A stretch of 61,808 bases of DNA from an uncultured Clostridia bacterium (GCA_947625805.1 CANQPT010000006.1:1-61808); one strand, 5' to 3'; shown: positions 16,376 through 28,126, numbered from the stretch's first letter. Notes: generated by a model not told the origin, from the letters alone. Numbers and translations: made by a program.

Positions 16376-16800
16376 TGTTAATGCCTAAGAGAGTGAAGTA
16401 CCGCAGAGTGCATCGCGGAAGATTAAAGGGCAATGCGACCCGCGGTAATACAGTCACATACGGACAGTACGGCCTGGTAGCGCTGGAGCCGGCATGGATC
16501 ACCAGCAACCAGATCGAGGCGGCCCGTGTCGCCATGACCAGATACATCCGCCGCGGCGGTAAGGTCTGGATCAAGATTTTCCCGGATAAGCCGATCACCG
16601 AGAAGCCGGCCGAGACCCGAATGGGTTCCGGTAAAGGTTCGCCCGAGTATTGGGTCGCGGTGGTAAAGCCGGGCAGAGTGCTCTTTGAGATGGACGGCGT
16701 TGCGCCGGACGTTGCGAAAGAGGCTATGCGTCTGGCTTCCCACAAGCTCCCGATCAAGTGCAAGTTTGTGATCAAAGAAGAAACAAACGAGGAGGGTTAA
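16375..16800 (+). CDS. rplP: 50S ribosomal protein L16
   Basis: [10 protein letters not shown]. Confidence 0.98.
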   Translation: MLMPKRVKYRRVHRGRLKGNATRGNTVTYGQYGLVALEPAWITSNQIEAARVAMTRYIRRGGKVWIKIFPDKPITEKPAETRMGSGKGSPEYWVAVVKPGRVLFEMDGVAPDVAKEAMRLASHKLPIKCKFVIKEETNEEG

Positions 16801-16803
16801 GCA

Positions 16804-16992
16804 ATGAAAGCAAGTGAAATCAGAGAACTTTCCGCCGCTGAGCTGGAAAAGAAGTTGACTGATCTTAAGAAAGAACTGTTTAACCTGCGTTTCCAGCACG
16901 CGATCAACCAGCTTGATAATCCGCATAAAATCGACGATGTCAAAAAGGACATCGCCCGTGTAATGACGATTCTTCACGAGAAGAATGCGTAA
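16804..16992 (+). CDS. rpmC: 50S ribosomal protein L29
   Basis: [13 protein letters not shown]. Confidence 0.97.
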   Translation: MKASEIRELSAAELEKKLTDLKKELFNLRFQHAINQLDNPHKIDDVKKDIARVMTILHEKNA

Positions 16993-17011
16993 GTGAGAGG
17001 AGAATCCAGTC

Positions 17012-17278
17012 ATGGCTGAAGTAACAGAACGCAATCTGCGCAAAACCAGAACAGGCAAAGTGGTAAGCGCCAAGATGGATAAGACGGTCGTCGTCGCCAT
17101 CGAGGACAACGTCAAGCATCCCAAGTACGGCAAGGTTATAAAGAGAACGGTGAAAATTCACGCACACGACCAAAGCAACACCTGCGGTGTCGGTGACAAG
17201 GTAACCGTCATGGAAACAAGACCGCTGTCCAAGACCAAGAGATGGCGCCTTGTGAATATCATTGAGAAAGCGAAATAA
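17012..17278 (+). CDS. rpsQ: 30S ribosomal protein S17
   Basis: [16 protein letters not shown]. Confidence 0.98.
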   Translation: MAEVTERNLRKTRTGKVVSAKMDKTVVVAIEDNVKHPKYGKVIKRTVKIHAHDQSNTCGVGDKVTVMETRPLSKTKRWRLVNIIEKAK

Positions 17279-17321
17279 GTAGGTACGACAAAGTTCGTGC
17301 ACGAAAAAGGAGGAACGCACA

Positions 17322-17690
17322 GTGATACAGCAACAGTCACTTATGAAGGTTGCCGATAACACAGGAGCCAAAGAACTCATGTGCATTCGCGTACTCGGCG
17401 GCTCGGGCCGCAGATATGCGAATATCGGCGACATCGTGGTATGCTCTGTCAAGAAGGCTGCGCCCGGCGGAACGGTCAAAAAGGGCGAGGTCGTAAAAGC
17501 AGTGGTAGTCAGAACGGTCAAGGGCGTGAAACGCGCCGACGGTTCATATATCAAATTCGACGAGAACGCAGCGGTCATTATCCGTGATGATAAGACGCCG
17601 CGCGGGACCCGTATCTTCGGGCCTGTGGCAAGAGAACTTCGGGATCACGACTTCCTGAAGATCATGTCCCTCGCTCCGGAAGTGCTGTAA
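17322..17690 (+). CDS. rplN: 50S ribosomal protein L14
   Basis: [16 protein letters not shown]. Confidence 0.98.
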   Translation: MIQQQSLMKVADNTGAKELMCIRVLGGSGRRYANIGDIVVCSVKKAAPGGTVKKGEVVKAVVVRTVKGVKRADGSYIKFDENAAVIIRDDKTPRGTRIFGPVARELRDHDFLKIMSLAPEVL

Positions 17691-17705
17691 AGGAGGAAAC
17701 GGAAT

Positions 17706-18020
17706 ATGGCTCATCTCAAGATCAGAAAAGGCGATACCGTTGTTGTCCTTTCCGGCGACGATAAAGGCAAGAAGGGCAAGGTGCTTGCCGCTTCTCCGAA
17801 GGAACGCAAGGTCATCGTTGAGGGCATCAACATCGTAAAGAAACACGTAAAACCCCGCAGACAGGGCGACAACGGCGGAATCATCGACGTCGAGGGCGCA
17901 CTGTACGCGGACAAGGTCGCGCTTTACTGCGACAAATGCGGCAAGGCCACTCGCGTCTCTCACCGCTTTGAGGACGGCAAGAAGGTCCGCGTATGCGCCA
18001 AGTGCGGCGAAAATCTGTAA
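17706..18020 (+). CDS. rplX: 50S ribosomal protein L24
   Basis: KGDTV.V.SG.DKGK.G. Confidence 0.97.
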   Translation: MAHLKIRKGDTVVVLSGDDKGKKGKVLAASPKERKVIVEGINIVKKHVKPRRQGDNGGIIDVEGALYADKVALYCDKCGKATRVSHRFEDGKKVRVCAKCGENL

Positions 18021-18036
18021 TGGGAGGGTGTAGGAT

Positions 18037-18576
18037 ATGTCAAGATTAAGAGAACTTTATCAGGGCGAAATCGCACCCGCTCTCATGAAGAAATTCGAGT
18101 ACAAGAGTCCCATGCAGATCCCCAAACTCGACAAGGTCGTGATCAACGTCGGCGCCGGGGACGCTAAGGACAACACCAAGGTGATCGACAACGTCATCGA
18201 GGACATCACGCTGATCGCAGGTCAGAGAGCGGTTCCGACCTATGCGAGAAAGAGCGTTGCAAACTTCAAGCTCCGTGAGGGCATGAAGATCGGCGTCAAG
18301 GTCACACTGCGCGGCGAGAGAATGTATGAGTTTGTCGACAAACTCTTCGGATTCGCTCTTCCCCGTGTGCGTGACTTTAAGGGAATCAATCCCAACGCCT
18401 TTGACGGACGCGGCAACTACTCTCTCGGTCTGAAGGAGCAGTTGATCTTCCCGGAGATCGAGTACGATAAGATCGACAAGATCCGCGGTATGGACATCGC
18501 ATTCGTCACCACGGCGAAAACCGATCAAGAAGCAAAAGAGCTGCTCACTCTGCTGGGCGCTCCGTTCGCGAAATAA
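18037..18576 (+). CDS. rplE: 50S ribosomal protein L5
   Basis: FKLREG, FDGRGNY. Confidence 0.98.
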   Translation: MSRLRELYQGEIAPALMKKFEYKSPMQIPKLDKVVINVGAGDAKDNTKVIDNVIEDITLIAGQRAVPTYARKSVANFKLREGMKIGVKVTLRGERMYEFVDKLFGFALPRVRDFKGINPNAFDGRGNYSLGLKEQLIFPEIEYDKIDKIRGMDIAFVTTAKTDQEAKELLTLLGAPFAK

Positions 18577-18590
18577 GGAGGGACGGTATA

Positions 18591-18776
18591 ATGGCAAAAA
18601 AGGCAATGATCTTGAAGCAGCAGAAGCCGCAGAAGTATTCCACCAGAGAGTACAACCGCTGCAAAATCTGCGGGCGTCCCCACGCTTATCTGCGCAAGTT
18701 CGGCATCTGCCGTATTTGCTTCCGTGAGTTGGCCTACAAGGGTCAGATCCCGGGCGTAAAGAAGGCTTCGTGGTAA
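18591..18776 (+). CDS. rpsN: 30S ribosomal protein S14 (Zn-binding type Z)
   Basis: CKICGR...CRICFRE, 61 aa. Confidence 0.98.
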   Translation: MAKKAMILKQQKPQKYSTREYNRCKICGRPHAYLRKFGICRICFRELAYKGQIPGVKKASW

Positions 18777-18903
18777 GTTAGACTTCAGTTGATTACAGTC
18801 AACTCCAATCGGCCGATAGGAAACGGCAAAAGCCGTTTAACCGTCGGCTTGCAACCCCGGACGGGGTAGCAAGAGATAAACTTGCATTCAGGAGGAAGAA
18901 ACG

Positions 18904-19299
18904 ATGCAGATTTCAGATGTGATTGCGGATATGCTGACAAGAATACGCAACGCAAACGATGCTAAGCACAGCACGGTGGATATCCCCGCCTCCAATATGA
19001 AAAAGGCGATCGCCCAGATCCTCGTGGACGAGGGTTATGTTTCCGGCTTCCAGGTTGTGGACGACGGCAAGCAGGGCATCATTCGTGTCACGCTCAAGTA
19101 CAACGGCAAAGAGAAGGTCTTAAAGGGCCTCAAGCGCGTTTCCAAGCCGGGCTTGCGGATTTACGCAAGTTGTGAGGAGATGCCCCGGGTCATGAACGGA
19201 CTCGGCATTGCGGTCGTATCCACTTCTAAGGGGATTATGACCGACAGACAGGCAAGAAAAGAAAATGTCGGCGGCGAAGTGCTCGCTTTCATTTGGTAA
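18904..19299 (+). CDS. rpsH: 30S ribosomal protein S8
   Basis: [20 protein letters not shown]. Confidence 0.98.
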   Translation: MQISDVIADMLTRIRNANDAKHSTVDIPASNMKKAIAQILVDEGYVSGFQVVDDGKQGIIRVTLKYNGKEKVLKGLKRVSKPGLRIYASCEEMPRVMNGLGIAVVSTSKGIMTDRQARKENVGGEVLAFIW

Positions 19300-19320
19300 A
19301 CGAAACGGGAGGAAGACAAT

Positions 19321-19860
19321 ATGTCAAGAATTGGTAGAATGCCGATCACCGTTCCCGCGGGCGTGGACGTCACCATCGCACCCGATAATACCGTTACCGT
19401 GAAGGGACCGAAGGGAACGCTGACACAGAACTTTCATGCAAATATGACCATTCGCCGGGACGGTGAAACCATTCTGGTGGAGCGTCCGGACGATCAGAAA
19501 GAGAACAGGGCTCTGCACGGGCTGACCCGCTCGCTGCTCAACAACATGGTAGTGGGCGTGACCGAGGGCTATTCCAAGACTTTGGAGATCGTCGGTGTGG
19601 GATACAGAGCGGCCAAGGAGGGCAAGAGCCTGAAACTCGGCCTCGGCTACTCGCACGGTATCACCATCGAGGAAGAGAACGGGATTACCTATGAGGTTCC
19701 CAATCAGAACACCATCATCGTACATGGCATCAGCAAAGAGGCAGTCGGCCAGGCGGCGGCGATTATTCGCTCCAAGCGTCCGCCGGAGCCGTATCTGGGC
19801 AAGGGTGTCAAGTATGCGGATGAGCATATCCGCCGCAAGGCCGGCAAGGCCGGGAAATAA
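19321..19860 (+). CDS. rplF: 50S ribosomal protein L6
   Basis: MSRIG, PEPY.GKG. Confidence 0.98.
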   Translation: MSRIGRMPITVPAGVDVTIAPDNTVTVKGPKGTLTQNFHANMTIRRDGETILVERPDDQKENRALHGLTRSLLNNMVVGVTEGYSKTLEIVGVGYRAAKEGKSLKLGLGYSHGITIEEENGITYEVPNQNTIIVHGISKEAVGQAAAIIRSKRPPEPYLGKGVKYADEHIRRKAGKAGK

Positions 19861-19880
19861 AGAAAGGAGTGGAGTGTAAT

Positions 19881-20240
19881 ATGGTATCGAAAATGGATTC
19901 AAACAAGGCTCGTCTGAAAAGACATAGGAGAGTCCGTGCCAAAATTTCCGGTACGGCAGAGCGTCCGCGTCTGTGCGTGTTCCGTTCCAATCAGAACATC
20001 AGCGCTCAGATTATCGACGACGCGGCCGGCGTAACGCTGGTAAGCGCCTCCACCCTGGAAGCAGCCTTTGAAGGCTCCGGCTCTAACAAGCAAGCCGCCA
20101 AGAAGGTAGGAGCAACGATCGCCGAAAGAGCAATCGAGAAAGGAATCACCAATGTGGTATTCGACCGCGGCGGATATATCTACCACGGAAGAGTGCTTGA
20201 ACTTGCGGAAGGCGCCCGTGAGGGCGGCCTCAAGTTCTAA
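19881..20240 (+). CDS. rplR: 50S ribosomal protein L18
   Basis: [19 protein letters not shown]. Confidence 0.98.
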   Translation: MVSKMDSNKARLKRHRRVRAKISGTAERPRLCVFRSNQNISAQIIDDAAGVTLVSASTLEAAFEGSGSNKQAAKKVGATIAERAIEKGITNVVFDRGGYIYHGRVLELAEGAREGGLKF

Positions 20241-20258
20241 GGTGTAAGGAGGATAAGC

Positions 20259-20762
20259 ATGGCTAACAATTTCGATCCCGCAACCGTGGATCTCAAAGAA
20301 ACCCTGGTTGCGATCAACCGTGTATCCAAAACCGTCAAGGGTGGTCGTATTGCTCGTTTTACCGCGATTATGGTCGTCGGTGACGGTGAGGGACACGTCG
20401 GATACGGTCTGGGTAAAGCCGCTGAGGTACCGGACGCGATCCGCAAAGGCATCGAGGATGCCAAGAAGAATATGATCACGGTCGCCATGAACGGAACGAC
20501 CATTCCGCACGAGGTGACCGGAGTTTACGGAGCAGGTAAGGTTCTTTTGAAGCCGGCCGCAGAAGGTACCGGTATCATCGCAGGCGGTCCTGTCCGTGCC
20601 GTGCTGGAAAGCGCGGGAATCAAGAACATCAGAAGCAAATGTCTGCGCTCCAACAACAGAGTCAACGTGGTAAAGGCGACCTTCGAGGGTCTTAAGAGCC
20701 TGCGCACGGCTGAGGAAGTTGCCGAAATGCGCGGTAAGAGCGTTGCAGAGATCAAGGGTTAA
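20259..20762 (+). CDS. rpsE: 30S ribosomal protein S5
   Basis: [18 protein letters not shown]. Confidence 0.98.
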   Translation: MANNFDPATVDLKETLVAINRVSKTVKGGRIARFTAIMVVGDGEGHVGYGLGKAAEVPDAIRKGIEDAKKNMITVAMNGTTIPHEVTGVYGAGKVLLKPAAEGTGIIAGGPVRAVLESAGIKNIRSKCLRSNNRVNVVKATFEGLKSLRTAEEVAEMRGKSVAEIKG

Positions 20763-20775
20763 GGAGGCTTTCGGA

Positions 20776-20958
20776 ATGGAACAAGCAAAGGTAACTTTGA
20801 AAAAGAGCCTGATCGGCGCCAAACCGAATCAGAAAGCCACCGCTGCCTCGCTGGGTTTGAATAAAATCGGCGATAGCTGCACACATGCAAAAGGTCCGGT
20901 GCTCGACGGCAAGGTCAAGGTGCTTTCTCACCTTGTCACTGTTGAAGATGCGAAATAA
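20776..20958 (+). CDS. rpmD: 50S ribosomal protein L30
   Basis: KVTLKKSLIG, SLGL; position between rpsE and rplO. Confidence 0.95.
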   Translation: MEQAKVTLKKSLIGAKPNQKATAASLGLNKIGDSCTHAKGPVLDGKVKVLSHLVTVEDAK

Positions 20959-20997
20959 CCGGATGGTGTTCAAAGATTTAGACAAGGAGGGTAGCTT

Positions 20998-21438
20998 ATG
21001 AAGCTCCATGAACTTTCCCCGGCGGCAGGCTCCGCAAAACCTGCATGGCGTAAGGGCAGAGGACCGGGCTCAGGCAACGGAAAGACCGCGGGCAAGGGCC
21101 ACAAGGGTCAGAACGCCCGTTCGGGCGGCGGCGTCCGTCCCGGATTTGAAGGCGGTCAGATTCCGCTTTACAGAAAGCTTCCGAAAAGAGGCTTCCACAA
21201 CAAGTTTTCTACGATTTATTCGATCGTCAACGTTGAAACGCTCAACCGTTTTGATGACGGAGCAGTAGTTGATCTGAACGCTCTCATAGAGAGCGGCGTG
21301 ATCCGCAAGGCAAACGACGGACTTAAGGTTCTCGGCCGCGGTGAGATCACAAAGAAATTAACCGTAAAGGCGTCGATCTTTTCAGCTGCTGCAAAGGAAA
21401 AGATTGAGGTAGCAGGTGGGAAGGCAGAGGTGATTTAA
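20998..21438 (+). CDS. rplO: 50S ribosomal protein L15
   Basis: GRG.GSG.GKT, FEGGQ.PL. Confidence 0.98.
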   Translation: MKLHELSPAAGSAKPAWRKGRGPGSGNGKTAGKGHKGQNARSGGGVRPGFEGGQIPLYRKLPKRGFHNKFSTIYSIVNVETLNRFDDGAVVDLNALIESGVIRKANDGLKVLGRGEITKKLTVKASIFSAAAKEKIEVAGGKAEVI

Positions 21439-21439
21439 G

Positions 21440-22765
21440 GTGTTAAAGACTCTGCGTAATGCCTGGGCGGTACCGGAACTGCGAAAGAAGATGATTTTTA
21501 CCGTCTTTATCCTGGTTCTCTACCGGCTCGGGTGCCAGATCCCCGTTCCTTATATCGACTCAGCCAGACTCTCGGAGATTATGACCACGGTTGCGACCGA
21601 TGGCTCGATCTTGGAGTATCTGAACATTCTGTCGGGTAACGCGTTCCAGAGAGCGACTCTGTTCGCGCTGTCCATCACCCCCTATATTACGGCGTCCATC
21701 GTGATGCAGCTGCTGACCATCGCACTGCCCCCGCTCGAAAAACTGAGCAAGCAGGGCGAGGAGGGAAGAAAGAAGATCAACCAGATCACCCGTGTGGTCA
21801 CGGTCGCGCTGGGTATCATCACCGCTTACGGGTATTATACCTATCTGCGCGCATCGGTTTCCGCCGGCGGTTACGACCTTCTCGTGGACAGCAGTCTGCC
21901 CAACTGGTTTATGATGATCGTCATCATTGCCTGCTACTCGGCGGGTGCTGCGCTCATCATGTGGATGGGTGAGAAAATCAACGAATTCGGAATCGGAAAC
22001 GGTATTTCCATCATCCTGTTCGCAAACATCATCTCCCGTGCACCCAGCATGGTTACCACCATGGCCAATTGGTGCAGAGAAGGTGTGACCGGCGTGGTCA
22101 AGGTGATCGTTGCTGTGATTATCGTGCTGCTGGTTGTCGGATTCGTGGTATTCATCACCAACTCCGAGCGCCGTATCTCGGTCCAGTACGCCAAGAAGGT
22201 GGTAGGACGCAAGATGTACGGCGGCCAGTCGACCAACCTGCCGATCAAACTGAATATGTCCGGCGTTATGCCGATCATCTTCTCCAACTCGATCGTCGCC
22301 CTTCCCGGTACGATCGCCATGATGTTCGGTAAGGATGTAAACAATACGACAGGTTTCTGGCACGGATTTCTCAGCGTGTTCAGCTACAATTCCTGGCTGT
22401 ATATCGTGCTGTTCACCGTGCTGATCATCGCATTTTCCTATTTCTATATTGCGATCTCCTTTAATCCTGTTGAGGTGGCCAACAACCTCCGGAACAACGG
22501 CGGATTTGTACCCGGTATCCGTCCGGGACGCCCGACCTCCGAGTATATCACCAAGATCCTCAACAAGATCACTTTGATCGGCGCGGCGTTCCTTGCGGTT
22601 GTCGCAGTGCTCCCGCTGGTCGTGAATACAGTTTCCGGCGGTGCAGTCAGCGGTATCGCGTTCAGCGGCTCGTCACTTCTCATCGTAGTCGGTGTTGCGC
22701 TTGAAACCGTGCGCGAACTGGAAGCACAGATGACCATGCGTCATTACAAAGGCTTTTTGGAGTGA
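21440..22765 (+). CDS. secY: Preprotein translocase SecY
   Basis: PYITASI, GIGNGISI, PGIRPG. Confidence 0.98.
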   Translation: MLKTLRNAWAVPELRKKMIFTVFILVLYRLGCQIPVPYIDSARLSEIMTTVATDGSILEYLNILSGNAFQRATLFALSITPYITASIVMQLLTIALPPLEKLSKQGEEGRKKINQITRVVTVALGIITAYGYYTYLRASVSAGGYDLLVDSSLPNWFMMIVIIACYSAGAALIMWMGEKINEFGIGNGISIILFANIISRAPSMVTTMANWCREGVTGVVKVIVAVIIVLLVVGFVVFITNSERRISVQYAKKVVGRKMYGGQSTNLPIKLNMSGVMPIIFSNSIVALPGTIAMMFGKDVNNTTGFWHGFLSVFSYNSWLYIVLFTVLIIAFSYFYIAISFNPVEVANNLRNNGGFVPGIRPGRPTSEYITKILNKITLIGAAFLAVVAVLPLVVNTVSGGAVSGIAFSGSSLLIVVGVALETVRELEAQMTMRHYKGFLE

Positions 22766-22771
22766 TACCAA

Positions 22772-23413
22772 ATGAATTTGATCTTTTTGGGTGCGCCCGG
22801 CGCCGGTAAAGGCACGCTTGCGGGCGCGGTCGAAAAAGAGTACGGCATTCCTTCCGTTTCCACGGGCAATCTGCTCCGTGAAGCGATCGCGGCAGGCAAC
22901 CAATTGGGTGCCCTTGCAAAGAGTTATATCGATGCGGGTGACTTGGTGCCTGACGCTGTGGTCATTGATTTAATCAAAGCGCGGCTTTCTGAGGCAGACT
23001 GTGCGCAGGGCTTTATCTTAGACGGATTCCCGCGCACGGTCGCCCAGGCCCAAGCGCTGGACGATATGGGCGTGTCCATCGACTGCGCGGTCAGTCTGGA
23101 AATTCCGGACGATCAGATCACAGAGCGTCTGAGCGGACGTTTGGTCTGTCCCAAGTGCGGCGCAAGTTACCAAGCCGAGACCCGTCCGTCGGCGGACGGC
23201 GTACACTGCGACAATGACGGCCAAACGCTGACCCGACGGGCGGACGACGAGCCTGAGGTGGTGCGCAGTCGTTTGGAGGTTTATCATCAGACCACCGAGC
23301 CGCTGATTGCCTACTACCGGAACAAGGGTCTGCTGAAGACGATCGACGTATCGGTATGTTTTGAATACAGCATGGAGCAATTCCGTGCCATCGCAAAGGC
23401 AGGCGGACAATGA
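22772..23413 (+). CDS. adk: Adenylate kinase
   Basis: GAPGAGKGT, LDGFPR, Zn lid. Confidence 0.97.
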   Translation: MNLIFLGAPGAGKGTLAGAVEKEYGIPSVSTGNLLREAIAAGNQLGALAKSYIDAGDLVPDAVVIDLIKARLSEADCAQGFILDGFPRTVAQAQALDDMGVSIDCAVSLEIPDDQITERLSGRLVCPKCGASYQAETRPSADGVHCDNDGQTLTRRADDEPEVVRSRLEVYHQTTEPLIAYYRNKGLLKTIDVSVCFEYSMEQFRAIAKAGGQ

Positions 23414-24162
23414 TCCGATTGAAAACTCCGGATCAGATCCGGGCAATGCGGGAGGCCGGCAGGATCACGGGCGAGGCGCTTTTGCTTGCAGGGCAAGCGA
23501 TCCGACCCGGCGTGACTACCAAACACCTTGACGACATAATCCGACACTATATTGAGAAGTGCGGAGCGCGTCCGTCTTTCCTTGGTCTGTACGGTTTTCC
23601 GGGGAGCGCATGTATCAGCCTCAACGATCAGGTGATCCACGGTATTCCGTCACCGGACGTGGTCATTGAAGAGGGAGATTTGGTCAAAATCGACGTGGGC
23701 GCCTTTAAGGGCGGCTTTCACGGAGATGCGGCGCGTACCTTTGCGTGCGGCACTATCACCCCCGAGGCGCAAAAACTGATCGACGTTACCAAGCAGTCTT
23801 TCTTTCGGGGCATGGAACAGGTAAGGCCCGGCGGCAGGATCGGCGACATCGGCCACGCGGTACAAAGTTACGTGGAGGGATTCGGTTACAGCGCCGTGCG
23901 CGATTACGTCGGACACGGCGTAGGAAACGACCTGCACGAGGACCCGGAGGTACCCAACTTCGGCAAACCCGGCAGAGGCATTCGCCTGACAGTCGGAATG
24001 ACGCTTGCCATCGAGCCGATGATCAATGCCGGCACTGAAAAGGTGCGGGTGCTCTCTGACAGATGGACGGTAGTCACAGCGGACGGTGCGCTGTCCGCAC
24101 ACTACGAGAACACCGTCGCGCTGACCGATGAGGGGGCGCAGGCGCTGACCCTGGTGACCTGA
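23410..24162 (+). CDS. map: Methionine aminopeptidase type I
   Basis: HGIP, GHGVG..LHE, IEPM, AHYE. Confidence 0.97.
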   Translation: MIRLKTPDQIRAMREAGRITGEALLLAGQAIRPGVTTKHLDDIIRHYIEKCGARPSFLGLYGFPGSACISLNDQVIHGIPSPDVVIEEGDLVKIDVGAFKGGFHGDAARTFACGTITPEAQKLIDVTKQSFFRGMEQVRPGGRIGDIGHAVQSYVEGFGYSAVRDYVGHGVGNDLHEDPEVPNFGKPGRGIRLTVGMTLAIEPMINAGTEKVRVLSDRWTVVTADGALSAHYENTVALTDEGAQALTLVT

Positions 24163-24446
24163 TGGACACACGGTTTGTATTGAGTCTTTCCGGCCGCGAC
24201 ATGGGCAGAGTTGCCCTGACGGTCGGGCAGACCGAGGACGGACGGGTGCTCATCGCGGACGGACGCACACACAAATTGGAACGACCCAAAAAAAAGAAGT
24301 TGAAGCATTTACTACCGATAGACTGCAATGCAGATCTGCTCGACTCTCTTATACACCGCGGCGCGCTGACCGATCGGGAGTTAGCGAAGGCGTGTAAGGC
24401 AGTCGAGGATGCTCTCGACCAAAACACGATAGGCTTGAAGGAGTGA
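24162..24446 (+). CDS. KOW-domain (L14e-like) RNA-binding protein
   Basis: S.SGRD.G, IADG...KLE.PKKK..KHL; conserved position before infA in Clostridia. Confidence 0.85.
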   Translation: MDTRFVLSLSGRDMGRVALTVGQTEDGRVLIADGRTHKLERPKKKKLKHLLPIDCNADLLDSLIHRGALTDRELAKACKAVEDALDQNTIGLKE

Positions 24447-24451
24447 TTATT

Positions 24452-24670
24452 CTGCCTAAAAATGATGTGATGGAGTTTGAAGGAGTAGTGCTGGAGGCTT
24501 TGCCGAATGCAACCTTCAAGGTCCGTTTGCCCAACGGACACATCGTGAACGCGACCATATCGGGCAAATTACGTATGAATTATATTTGGATATTACCGGG
24601 TGACAAGGTGACCGTTGAGGTTTCCGTCTACGATCTCACCAAGGGACGGATTACCTGGAGATCCAAGTGA
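24452..24670 (+). CDS. infA: Translation initiation factor IF-1 (probable CTG start)
   Basis: [25 protein letters not shown]; a CTG start gives 72 aa with correct SD spacing. Confidence 0.95.
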   Translation: MPKNDVMEFEGVVLEALPNATFKVRLPNGHIVNATISGKLRMNYIWILPGDKVTVEVSVYDLTKGRITWRSK

Positions 24671-24688
24671 GAAAGGCTGGTGCAAAGA

Positions 24689-24802
24689 ATGAAAGTCAAA
24701 CCATCCGTAAAGAAAATCTGTGAAAAGTGCAAGATCATCAAAAGAAGAGGAATCGTGATGGTCATCTGCGAAAACCCCAAGCATAAGCAAAGACAGGGTT
24801 GA
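24689..24802 (+). CDS. rpmJ: 50S ribosomal protein L36
   Basis: [37 protein letters not shown]. Confidence 0.98.
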   Translation: MKVKPSVKKICEKCKIIKRRGIVMVICENPKHKQRQG

Positions 24803-24849
24803 GCGCACATTTCGAGATACAACTATGAACACAAGTAAGGAGAGATAAG

Positions 24850-25218
24850 ATGGCTCGTATAGCTGGTGTGGATATTCCCAACGCGAAAAGAGTGGAGATC
24901 GCTCTGACCTATATCTACGGAATAGGAAGAAAAAGCGCACAGGATATTCTGAGCGCGACCGGGATCGACCCGGATAAGCGCGCGAAGGATCTGACCGAGG
25001 AAGACATTGCGAAACTGCGTGACGAGATCGAGGAAAACTACAAGGTAGAGGGCGACCTTCGCCGTGACGTTGCGCTCGACATCAAGAACATGATCGAGAT
25101 CAACTGCTACCGCGGTATTCGTCATCGTAAGGGACTGCCCGTAAGAGGACAGAGAACCAAGACCAACGCAAGAACCCGTAAAGGTCCGGCAAAGACCATT
25201 GCGAACAAGAAGAAGTAA
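24850..25218 (+). CDS. rpsM: 30S ribosomal protein S13
   Basis: [23 protein letters not shown]. Confidence 0.98.
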   Translation: MARIAGVDIPNAKRVEIALTYIYGIGRKSAQDILSATGIDPDKRAKDLTEEDIAKLRDEIEENYKVEGDLRRDVALDIKNMIEINCYRGIRHRKGLPVRGQRTKTNARTRKGPAKTIANKKK

Positions 25219-25232
25219 GAGAGGGCAGAAAG

Positions 25233-25628
25233 ATGGCAAAGACAGCGAAAAGAGTTGTTAAGAGACGCCGCGAGCGCAAGAATATCGAAAAAGGCGTTGC
25301 GCATATCCGCTCTACTTTTAACAACACGATCATTACAATCACCGATACCAAAGGAAACGCGATTTCCTGGGCGAGCGCGGGTGAGATGGGCTTCAAGGGC
25401 TCGAGAAAATCCACTCCGTACGCTGCGCAGATGGCGGCCGAGCAGGCGGCAAAGCTGGCGGCGGATCAGGGTATGAAGAGCATCGAGGTGCTGGTCAAGG
25501 GCCCGGGCTCGGGACGTGAGAGCGCCATCCGCGCACTTGCTACTCAGGGCCTCGAGATCACCATGATCAAGGACGTGACCCCGATTCCGCACAACGGATG
25601 CAGACCGCCCAAGAGAAGACGTGTCTGA
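25233..25628 (+). CDS. rpsK: 30S ribosomal protein S11
   Basis: [17 protein letters not shown]. Confidence 0.98.
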   Translation: MAKTAKRVVKRRRERKNIEKGVAHIRSTFNNTIITITDTKGNAISWASAGEMGFKGSRKSTPYAAQMAAEQAAKLAADQGMKSIEVLVKGPGSGRESAIRALATQGLEITMIKDVTPIPHNGCRPPKRRRV

Positions 25629-25650
25629 GTTTTACAGGAGGTATTGAAGA

Positions 25651-26283
25651 ATGGCAAGATATACAGGACCTGCGTGCAAACTCTGCCGCAGAGAAAATCA
25701 GAAGCTCTTCTTAAAGGGCGAGCGTTGCCTGACCGGTAAGTGCGCGGTGACCCGCCGCGGTACCGCTCCGGGACAGCACGGCGCCGCACAGAAGAAGATG
25801 AAAGAGTACGGCATTCAGCTCCGTGAGAAGCAGAAAGCAAGAAGATATTACGGCGTCCTCGAAAAGCAGTTCAGAGGCTATTACACAATGGCCGAGAAGC
25901 AGGAGGGCGTGACCGGTGAAAATCTGCTCTGCATTCTGGAGCGCCGCTTGGACAATGTTGTTTACCGTATGGGTATGGCTTCCAGCAGAAAGGAAGCAAG
26001 ACAGTTGGTACTGCACGCTCACTTCCGTCTGAACGGCAAGAAGGCAACCATTCCGTCCATTATCCTCAAGGTCGGCGATGAGATCTCGGTCCGCGAGCAG
26101 AGCCGCGACAACGCCAAGATCAAGGAGTTGCTGGCAGATTTAGCAGACGCTAAGGGCGCAGGAACCGCATGGCTGGATGTGGACAAGGCAAACGCAACCG
26201 CAAAGGTCGTTGCCCTGCCCAAGAGAGAGGATATCGACTTTGAGGTGGACGAACAGCTCATCGTCGAGCTTTACTCGAAATAA
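25651..26283 (+). CDS. rpsD: 30S ribosomal protein S4
   Basis: MARYTGP.CK.CRR, QLREKQK, LERRLDN. Confidence 0.98.
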   Translation: MARYTGPACKLCRRENQKLFLKGERCLTGKCAVTRRGTAPGQHGAAQKKMKEYGIQLREKQKARRYYGVLEKQFRGYYTMAEKQEGVTGENLLCILERRLDNVVYRMGMASSRKEARQLVLHAHFRLNGKKATIPSIILKVGDEISVREQSRDNAKIKELLADLADAKGAGTAWLDVDKANATAKVVALPKREDIDFEVDEQLIVELYSK

Positions 26284-26356
26284 TCCGCATACCCTCCTGC
26301 CTGCGGCATAGGCCGCGAGGCACACTTGAAAACACAATCATATTAGGAGGAACAAC

Positions 26357-27307
26357 ATGATAGAAATCGAAAAGCCCAATATTTCCGTGCTCGAGATGAG
26401 CGACGACGGTACGGACGGAACATTTGTTGTAGAGCCGCTGGAGCGTGGTTTTGGTACAACGCTCGGTAACTCTCTGCGCCGTGTGCTGTTAAGTTCTCTT
26501 CCGGGCGTTGCAGTCACAAGCATCAAGATCGACGGCGTACTGCATGAGATTTCCTGCATGGACGGCGTCAAGGAAGACGTGACCGAGATCGTTCTGAACG
26601 TCAAGGGAATCGTTGCGAAACTGTATTCGGACGATCCGAAAACGGTTGTCATCGACGCAGACGGTCCGTGTGTGGTGACCGCCGGAGATATCAAGGGCGA
26701 CGCGGATATTGAAATTCTGAACCCGAGCCAGCATATCGCAACTGTGGCCGAGGGTACCCGCTTCTACATGGAGCTGACTTTCGATCACGGCAGAGGATAT
26801 GTTTCTCAGGAGAAAAATAAACAGAATAATCAACCGATTGTGGGAGTGATTTATACCGATAGTATCTACACCCCCGTATACAAGGCAAGTTATACCGTGG
26901 AGAACACCCGTGTGGGCAACGATATCGGTTATGACAAGCTGACGCTGAACGTTCTGACCAACGGAACGATCACCGCGAAAGAAGCGGTTTCACTCGGCGC
27001 CAAGATTCTCAACGAGCATCTCAACCTCTTTGTGGAGCTCAGCGATGAGGCCAAGAAGGCGGCGGTTATGATCGAGAGAGAAGAAACGATCAAGGAAAAA
27101 GTCCTTGAGATGACCATTGAGGAACTTGACATGTCCGTGCGCAGTTTCAACTGTTTGAAGCGCGCAGGCATTGACACGGTTGAGGATCTGATCAACAAGA
27201 CAGAGGAGGACATGATCAAAGTCCGTAATCTGGGTAAGAAAAGCCTCGAAGAGGTGATCGAAAAACTACATTCGCTCGGTCTTGACCTGAAGCGTGAAGA
27301 AGACTGA
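26357..27307 (+). CDS. rpoA: RNA polymerase alpha subunit
   Basis: [22 protein letters not shown]. Confidence 0.98.
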   Translation: MIEIEKPNISVLEMSDDGTDGTFVVEPLERGFGTTLGNSLRRVLLSSLPGVAVTSIKIDGVLHEISCMDGVKEDVTEIVLNVKGIVAKLYSDDPKTVVIDADGPCVVTAGDIKGDADIEILNPSQHIATVAEGTRFYMELTFDHGRGYVSQEKNKQNNQPIVGVIYTDSIYTPVYKASYTVENTRVGNDIGYDKLTLNVLTNGTITAKEAVSLGAKILNEHLNLFVELSDEAKKAAVMIEREETIKEKVLEMTIEELDMSVRSFNCLKRAGIDTVEDLINKTEEDMIKVRNLGKKSLEEVIEKLHSLGLDLKREED

Positions 27308-27322
27308 CAGGAGGGATAGAAA

Positions 27323-27916
27323 ATGCCGGGAACAAGAAAACTTGGCAGAAAGACGGCGCACAGAAATCTGATGCTGCGCGGGATGGTGACCTATCTTTTG
27401 GAAAACGGAAAGATCGAAACCACCCTTACCAGAGCAAAGGAAGTTGCCGCTCTTACTGAGAAAATGATTACAGTGGGCAAGAAGAACACGCTTGCCGCTC
27501 GCCGTCAGGCAATGGCTTTTATAACAAAGGAAGACGTCGTGAGCAAGTTGTTCTCTGTGATTGCACCGGAGTATGCTGACAGAAACGGCGGTTACACGCA
27601 GATTTACAAACTCGGACCCCGTCGCGGCGACGCCGCTGAGATGGCTCTGATTCGTCTTGTAAAAGAGGCGGAAGAAGAAAAGAAAGAGGAGAAGCCCAAG
27701 AAGGGTACTTCCAAGAAAGCGTCTGCAAAGAAGGCGCCCGCAAAGAAAGCGGCTCCCAAGAAGGACGAGAGTCCGAAAGAAGAGAAGGCTGAAGAGGTGA
27801 AGGAGCCTGAGGTCGTGGAGACCGAGGCTGTCGAGACCGAGGCTGTCGAAACTGAGACGCCCGCTCCTGCAGCAGAGGCCGAAGCCGCTTCTGACCAACA
27901 AGCCACAGCCGAATAA
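27323..27916 (+). CDS. rplQ: 50S ribosomal protein L17 with Lys/Glu-rich C-tail
   Basis: RKLGR, IETT..RAKE, RRGDAA. Confidence 0.97.
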   Translation: MPGTRKLGRKTAHRNLMLRGMVTYLLENGKIETTLTRAKEVAALTEKMITVGKKNTLAARRQAMAFITKEDVVSKLFSVIAPEYADRNGGYTQIYKLGPRRGDAAEMALIRLVKEAEEEKKEEKPKKGTSKKASAKKAPAKKAAPKKDESPKEEKAEEVKEPEVVETEAVETEAVETETPAPAAEAEAASDQQATAE

Positions 27917-27924
27917 TTGAACTT

Positions 27925-27962
27925 GTTTTAAGGGACCCTTTCAAAGGTCCCTTAAAACTTTT
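27925..27962 (+). terminator. Terminator of the ribosomal cluster
   Basis: GTTTTAAGGGACC...GGTCCCTTAAAAC then TTTT. Confidence 0.8.
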
Positions 27963-28060
27963 GACACCCAAAACCGGGAGAGCAAAGATAAAGTTGCTTT
28001 CCCGATTTTTTGAAAATGTTCATTTGTCAAAATCAAAACGGATAGATTTCACAAATGCAC

Positions 28061-28089
28061 TTGACCGTGGCGCAAACAAAGTGTATAAT
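28061..28089 (+). promoter_or_regulatory. sigmaA promoter
   Basis: TTGACC-N17-TATAAT with extended TG. Confidence 0.75.
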
Positions 28090-28126
28090 AATACTGTATA
28101 AGAAAAAATACCCAAGGGGTGGAACG

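Noticed and set aside
12323-27971. Long minus-strand ORFs over the ribosomal cluster (e.g. 13603-15240)
   Set aside because: Antisense shadows of highly biased genes; no motifs or RBS.
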